This document shows, piece by piece, positions 57,380-64,000 of a stretch of 64,000 nt of DNA. The position numbers were made by a program, and so were the translations under genes. The stretch comes from Hamiltosporidium tvaerminnensis FI-OER-3-3 (Eukaryota; Fungi; Microsporidia), in assembly GCA_022605425.2 (NCBI GenBank), contig CM061256.1, positions 558,001 to 622,000 on the forward strand. The letters run 5' to 3'. A model generated the notes under the pieces. That model was not told the origin of the DNA and did no database searches. It saw only the letters and a list, made by a program, of their open reading frames with translations. Every line of letters begins with the position of its first letter. Position 1 is the first letter of the stretch.

Positions 57380-60300
57380 GTGGTGGTCTGAACTCGAAAG
57401 CTTCCAAGTGAATTGGTTGAAAGTAAAATTTTGGACCTTATTAATCGAATTATCGGTGAGTATGCTGATTCTTGTGTGACGATGACAATAACGGCAGTGG
57501 CACAGATAATCCAGGAAGCCCAGGTATGCTATGACGAGGCAACACGCAAAGAAAAGCCTAGATCCGCTGGAAGGAAAACATAGAAAGTAAAATTTCTAAG
57601 TTAGTACTTTCCAAAGATCTTCTCGAGAAGGCTCGTAAGCAGGAAAAGCTCTCCACTTCGGAAACGAAGAGCCTTAAGAAAATCATGCGAGAGTTTAATT
57701 TAACCTTGAGCAGCGTAACTGATCTTTCTGAGGCTTTAGTTAAGAAGAATGAGTCTTTGAATGTTTACCAGAAAAAAATTACGATGCATGAAAGTAGGAA
57801 GCAATTCCGAAAAGAGAATCGTATGTTTGAGCTTTTCCGAGGTCGATTTTATCGTGGGTTATCTGAGCGTGTGGAATCTGAGCATGTGGTAAGCCGTGAT
57901 GAAATTGTGAGTTTTTGGTCTAAAATGTGGAACAAAAATAATGACACAGTCACGTATGATGATTATTTGATTCCATTTGTATCAGATAATCATCCGACCA
58001 CGTTTCCTTCACTTGATAAATTTGTAAATACCATTAATTGGCTCCCTAATTGGAAAGCTGCTGGAATTGATGGTATTTACAATTTTTTCATTAAGAAACT
58101 TACAACTCTTCACAAATATCTTTATGATATTGTGAAAGTTATATGTTTAGAAGGAACACCTCAAGCTGATTGGTTTTACTGCGGGCTTACGTATTTAGTA
58201 CCGAAAGGAATTCCACGAAGAGGCTCTGACTACAGGCCAATCACTTGTATTTCCAACCTCTACAAGTTAACGACAAAGTGTGTAACGAAAGTCGTTCAAC
58301 TTGAAGTGGAAAGGCGAGGGTTGCTAGCAGAGAACCAGTTGGGACCAGTTAGAGGTGTGCAGGGAGCGAAAGAGCAGGCTCTACTGAATATTGCCTTAAA
58401 TAAAGAGTATGGAAATAATCTTAAGGCAACATGGATTGATGTTAAAAAAGCTTATGATTCAATAGATTATGCTTATTTAACTCAATGCATTGAAAACCTT
58501 AGTTTACCTGATTGGATCCTGAAATTTATTAAGGTAATTATATCAAAATAGAAAATTTCTATATCAGCAGGGCCTGAAAAAATCATGAGCAAGAATATTG
58601 ATAAAAGGATTCTGCAAGGAGATAGTTTGTTACCTTTGTTATTTGTTTTGTGTATGGATCCATTAAGCCGAAAGCTTAATGAAAAATACACAAAAGTGAC
58701 GGTACAAACAGATGCAAAATCCCATTCTACTAATCATCTCTTGTTTATTCATGATCTGAGCTTTTTGCATAAGACAGTTCTACATTGAATGCTTTGACAG
58801 ACAGAGCAAAGGAATTTTTAGAGGTGATTTGCCTAGAGATTAACAAAGAGAAGTCAGCCACAAATAATAAGTGTTGTGAAGATACTGCTACTCTTCTAGA
58901 AGGTGTTAGTGTTTACAAATATTTAGGAATAATAGAAGATAGCAGAGGAATCCCAACACGTAGCTCATTTGAAGAAGTACAGAGCAAACTTATATCAAGA
59001 GTTGAAAGACTTTGTCACACTAGATTAAATGCAAAAAATTTATTTTCTGCAATCAATCAACATGCGATATCGTTAATCAACTACCACATAGGAGTACTTC
59101 GACTTGAACCGGCGTACTTCTCTAAGTTAGATGATGCAGTGCGTGCGGTGTCGGTGAAGATTACGATACATCTTCGCTCAGGATGTAAAGAGCGATTGTA
59201 TCTACCTAGAGAAGAACTTGGAAGAGACCTAAATAGTGTTGATTTGCGAAGCGAACATATGCTTCTGCAACTCTTAGAATGTCTAAAAAAAAGTAAAGAA
59301 ATATCAACTAGACGAGCAGAAATCCTTAAGGTGGAAAATAATAATAAAACCCATCTTGCACTAATAAAAGGTCTCTTAAAAGTAAAGTACTGGTTAGTAG
59401 AAGAAGTCACTAAGAAAAGTCTAGAAGAAGCTCAACTTGCAAAACTATATAACGAAATAGAAAAACGAAAACTCCATTCAAAGTTATATAATGCAAGAAA
59501 AAATGAGCTTGTGAGTGTTAGTGACTCTTCAAGATGGCTAAAGAGAGGAAATATTAGGCCACGAAATGAAGCTGTGTTCTGCTATATCCAGGATAGAAAT
59601 GTATTCTGGGGAGCAGATGGTGTGTGTCAACATTGCGGGAAGTCTGGTAAGACTGTAGATCATCTAGCAACTAGATGTGAAAAAATGCTAGGCCATGATT
59701 ACACTAGACGGCATAATGAAGTGGTTAGATGCCTACACCTTCTTCTTCTAAATAGATATAAGTTTAAGTCTTCAAAACGAATAAGGAGTCACTCAGTTCA
59801 AGAAATTCTTGATAATGAGTATGCACAGATAAGAGTGGACACCAGAATTAAAACTGATGTTAAAATTCGGAATAACAGACCGGACATATTTATTTTAGAT
59901 AAGAAGAAGAATAAGATAACACTCATTGAAGTAGGAATCACTTCCCAAGATTCACTTCAAATAGTTGAAACTGAAAAACTTAGGAAGTATGACCTGCTAG
60001 CCAATGAGTTAGGTCTTATTTATAAGTGTAGTGTTGAGATAATCCCCTATGTGATGACCTGGGACGGTATTGTGACAAAATACTATAAATATCATCTTAA
60101 AAGACTAGAAATACCCATGAATGTAGAGGCATACATTCAGTCTATAGTACTTAAGAAAACAGTCGAAACAATTTCCTTTGATCGACGAAGAGAACTTGAG
60201 TCAGGACTAAATGCCGAAGAGAGCTGGGAGAGAGCGTCAATGGGTGTTATTATGAGATCAGAGATACATGAGGAACCAATACCCCCTTTAAAAGAAGCGA

Positions 60301-60504
60301 AAAGAGAGGAAGATGGTGTTAAAACTTTAAAACCAAAAAATAAAGCCCCCCTTATTTCACAAGGAGGAACCACTTTGGAGGAACCGACCAATAACATAAA
60401 TATAGAGTCGGATTTGGAAGAAGAGACAGTAGTGGTTAAAGAGGTAGAAGAAAACATATAAAAATAGTAAAAATGGTTTAACCCAGAATTATATTAAATA
60501 AATA
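57380..60504 (+). mobile_element. R4/Dong-like RLE non-LTR retrotransposon, second subfamily, 5'-truncated and decayed
   Basis: ORF pieces 57685-58551, 58585-58788 and 58785-60461 carry RT, CCHC and RLE motifs. Lesions: TGG>TAG at 58549, FIDD>FIHD, frameshift near 58760. 3' end aacccagaattatattaaataaat. Confidence 0.93.
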
Positions 60505-61942
60505 TGAGCTTTAAATAATAGAAACTAACTAAAAATATAAAATTCTATAGAAATAAGCAAATTTACAAGAAATTTACTGTTGAATTTTTTATTTTTGAGT
60601 AAACACAAGTCATTGATAAAAAAATAGAAAAGGATTTTGTAATATGAGAAGATTTGAATTGTGATGGATTTTGTTTGAATAATATATTTTATAAGTAAAT
60701 ATCAATTTTTGGTATTGTATGATCATAATGAAATCTCTTTTTTTGCCCAACTGTTTTTAAAGATTGATTTTACTTATAATTTACCTGAAATATCTGAACA
60801 AAAAAGAAAAACTCTTTTGGAAAGATTAAAATACATCAGTAAAAGTTTAGATTTCTTGATCTATGAAGGTAACAAAACATTGTAAAAATTTAGAATATAA
60901 GTTATCAATTAAATTAACCAATCATTTTCGATATTAAAAATAATATATACGTATGAGAAATAAGTTTAAAAAAACATACAATCTTGTTAGAATAAATCAG
61001 ATCAAAACTGATAAATTAATTTTTCGAAAAACGCTTATGGAAATCGTAAAATATATATAAATGAATTATTAGATTAAAAAAAATATTATAATTTAGTTTG
61101 AATCATATATAGAGAAATATTAAGATATATATCAAAATATTTTTTTTTCTTTATCATATTACATATCTTGGAATATGAAAGCTCTTAGGTTTTTAAAAAT
61201 TGAAATCTATTATTAATTTATATCTAATTCTATATCTATTTTGCACAACAAAATCCCAGGTTTCTAATTATTTCTAAAAAGTCTAATTATAATAACTGAT
61301 GCATCAAAAAAAAGATTCATAAAGAAATTGGGGAAGAAAGAGATAAATAACAGAGTTTAATAAATTACTAATTCTGATATTATATTATAGGAAATGACAT
61401 TGAACTTTTATTAACCAAAATACAAGACAATATAGTGTTTGCTAAATAAATTATAAAAGAATCATCAGAATAAAATTTTGAGAAATACATTTAGAATAAA
61501 AAATAAGGAATTTAAACTTCTTCGTATAGTAAAGTTAAAAAATAATTAATTTGATTTGATTTAAATAATTTCTTGCAGATAGTGAATACATTTCTGTCTT
61601 TTAATTATTTCAGTAGTTTTTTTTTTTAACAACTATAAAAACAGTGAAATAAAAACTAAGTCTTTTGAAAAGTTAAAAGCAAAAATAATAAGAAATTGTA
61701 ACAATTATTAAAAAAATAGTTTCGTTATAGAATTTTATCAGAACATATTGTCTTGTTTAGTAGTCTGCCTTCGAAACATATTATTTTGTTTTTTCACAAA
61801 TAATTATAGAAATATTTAGTTGATGAAATTGTTGGAATTAATTGTGGTATATAAGATAAAATTAAGATTTAAATTGTATTTTAACTTTTTTAAGAAATAA
61901 ACTTTATATAAATTTTAAATTTATACTTATTTTTAAGATACC

Positions 61943-62012
61943 ACTGGTTGAAATAGTGGAAAGCATTATTTAAAAGAGAAAAATTTGTTAACTCAGAATT
62001 TTATTAAATTAA
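61943..62012 (+). mobile_element. ~70-bp 3'-terminal stub of the R4/Dong-like element
   Basis: tggttgaaatagtggaaagcattatttaaaagagaaaaatttgttaactcagaattttattaaat matches 28958-29021. atttttaag occurs on both flanks. Confidence 0.75.
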
Positions 62013-62839
62013 TTTTTAAGCTAGCATTTACTGTTTATTACGAATAAATTTGGCGGTTAAAAATTACTTCGACTATTAAGCAATAAAAAGATTTTTTTAC
62101 CAGAATCTACTTTCTGTTTTTTATCTATATATATATAAAACTTAAACTTTTCAAAATTTATTCCGATTGCGAGCACAATGACAGAAATAAAATTTATACC
62201 AATAATAGAAAACTGTTGATTTTGAAATATTATTAAATACATTGTTTTAGGCTTTGTATTTATAAACTTCTTAAAAAAAGAACCACATTTGAGTTAAATA
62301 TTAAGAATTAGAGAAACCAAGAAAATAAATTGAAAATATAAAGTGGTTTTGATATAAGAAAAAACACTTAAAAAAACATTAAAAAAAATAAAACTTAAAA
62401 TTTATACAAATATAAGGATCTGTGGTTTATCCAAATGCTTTTAAAAATATCAATTCATTAGATATTGAATCCGTTGGGATATCATATTTTATTCTAAGAA
62501 ATAATATATTTAACTTGATAATATTTTAAAAAATTATCAAAGTTAGATTAATTTATAATTTTATTTCAATATAAGACCAAACTGAAATATAACATACAAT
62601 CATAAAATATTTGTGAGGTATTGAAATTTTGAAAACATGGACGTAGCCAAGAAAATATTCTTATATATACGATAAGTTATATTAAAATAGATAGGTGAAG
62701 ATAAATTTTGATGTTACTTTAAGGTTTTTATAAACAAGCTTGAATAGATTCTTTTATTATATTTAGTTTCAAATGTTTAATATTTAGATATAAAAAGTTG
62801 AAAAATCGTTGTAATAAAAATTTATATGAATTAGATTTA

Positions 62840-63126
62840 CCTTTAAAACTATACTTTATTCAAAAGTATCACATCTTTTTAAAACAGTGGCAAGTGTTAT
62901 ATTTGTTTTCATGACATTAACGAAGTTCTAGGTTTAACATAAATGACTACTACCCCACCACTCTATCGGTAATCCCTGCGATACCTACGTCCCAAAGCCT
63001 TTCATTTACCAGGTGTGTAGAACCTAATTAATAGGCGAGGCAGTTGCCCGGCGTTAGTTAATGTTCGTTGCATAGAGTGTATTCGAAGGCCGAAGCCCCC
63101 TAGGCTCCCCCAAGATTATGCAGCAT
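62840..63126 (-). mobile_element. Strongly 5'-truncated copy of retroposon family B with a perfect 15-bp TSD
   Basis: TSD tatgaattagattta at 62825-62839 and 63127-63141. Reverse complement of ~33968-34240. Confidence 0.9.
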
Positions 63127-64000
63127 TATGAATTAGATTTATATATTAATTGTATTTAAGAATATTGTATTTGAAATATATACATTCTACTGTATATCTA
63201 CCAAATATAAGCCAATATTGAATATGGTAATATAAAAAACAGCGATATTAATTTTAATTAAATTTTTAACAGATCTATAAAAGAATATTAAGTACTATTG
63301 ATAGAAGTAGTAATAATTGAGAATAAAATTACTTGGAAATAATGAAGCAAATAATTATTATTTATTACATAAAAATTACACTTTTTGTAACATAAATATT
63401 GAAATATATTATACAAGTAATATATCTAGTGATATAAGTATTAATAAAAGATTAAACTTAAATATAGATTATCTTTTATGTTATTTGACTGATCTTTAAA
63501 GAGATATCCGGGAGATAGACACAAAGTCTAGTAAAATAATATTTTATTTAGACACGAGATACATATTATTTGCAGAGAATATATGTGTTGTGGGGAAAAG
63601 ATAGAGTCGATGAAATATTTTTGAACAATAGTAACAGCTGAATCAAGAAAAACCAGACTTGGCGAGGAATAATTTAAAGATATAAGGGGGAATATTTTTC
63701 TAGATATATTCTCTCATTGCTACCTTTAGATTTTTCTAGAACATATATTATAGAAATTTAAAAGAATTGAATTTCTATTATGTATAGACTCTTAATAAGA
63801 GTACAAAAATTTTCGCAAGGTTTAAGGATAAACACAGGCTGGTACAAAAATTATTTGCTCTTAAATGTATCGAAGTAAAAGCTAATAAGCTTAATTACAA
63901 AAATGTAAATATATGGAATCATAAGATGTACTATTGTTATAGATGATCTTGAAACAAATATTATAATTAAAAAAAAAACGTCCACATATTTAACGAAAGG

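Noticed and set aside
63480-63960. Further RT relic (RGIF..LS.LL, IDDL)
   Set aside because: Suggestive but heavily degenerate and at the window edge.

Overview
Very AT-rich, gene-sparse eukaryotic DNA. The intronless genes with a CC(C) motif just upstream of the ATG, the divergent housekeeping proteins and the transposon repertoire point to a microsporidian with an expanded genome (inference). Seven intact host genes are visible: a ~2380-aa HECT E3 ligase, a PQ-loop protein (Any1/PQLC1-like), MYG1, a secreted Cys/Pro/QQPF-repeat protein, an HROB-like OB-fold protein, the Nsp1/Nup62 nucleoporin and an orphan secreted protein. There is also a pseudogene of a type I membrane protein. Much of the remainder is mobile DNA: three long copies plus relics of an R4/Dong-like RLE non-LTR retrotransposon, a DD34E Tc1/IS630 element with minisatellite TIRs, a DD39D (plant/Stowaway-type) mariner, a Merlin element and two Ginger-like integrase relics. 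Three features stand out. (i) An unclassified ~0.55-0.72 kb non-coding, hairpin-rich retroposon occurs in six copies, with 15-17 bp TSDs and nested 5' truncations. (ii) A ~230 bp RTE-like bipartite SINE occurs twice with TSDs. (iii) A 30-bp-phased repeat/variable-spacer array lies at ~775-1000. All calls come from reading the sequence by eye; no database search or folding was run.
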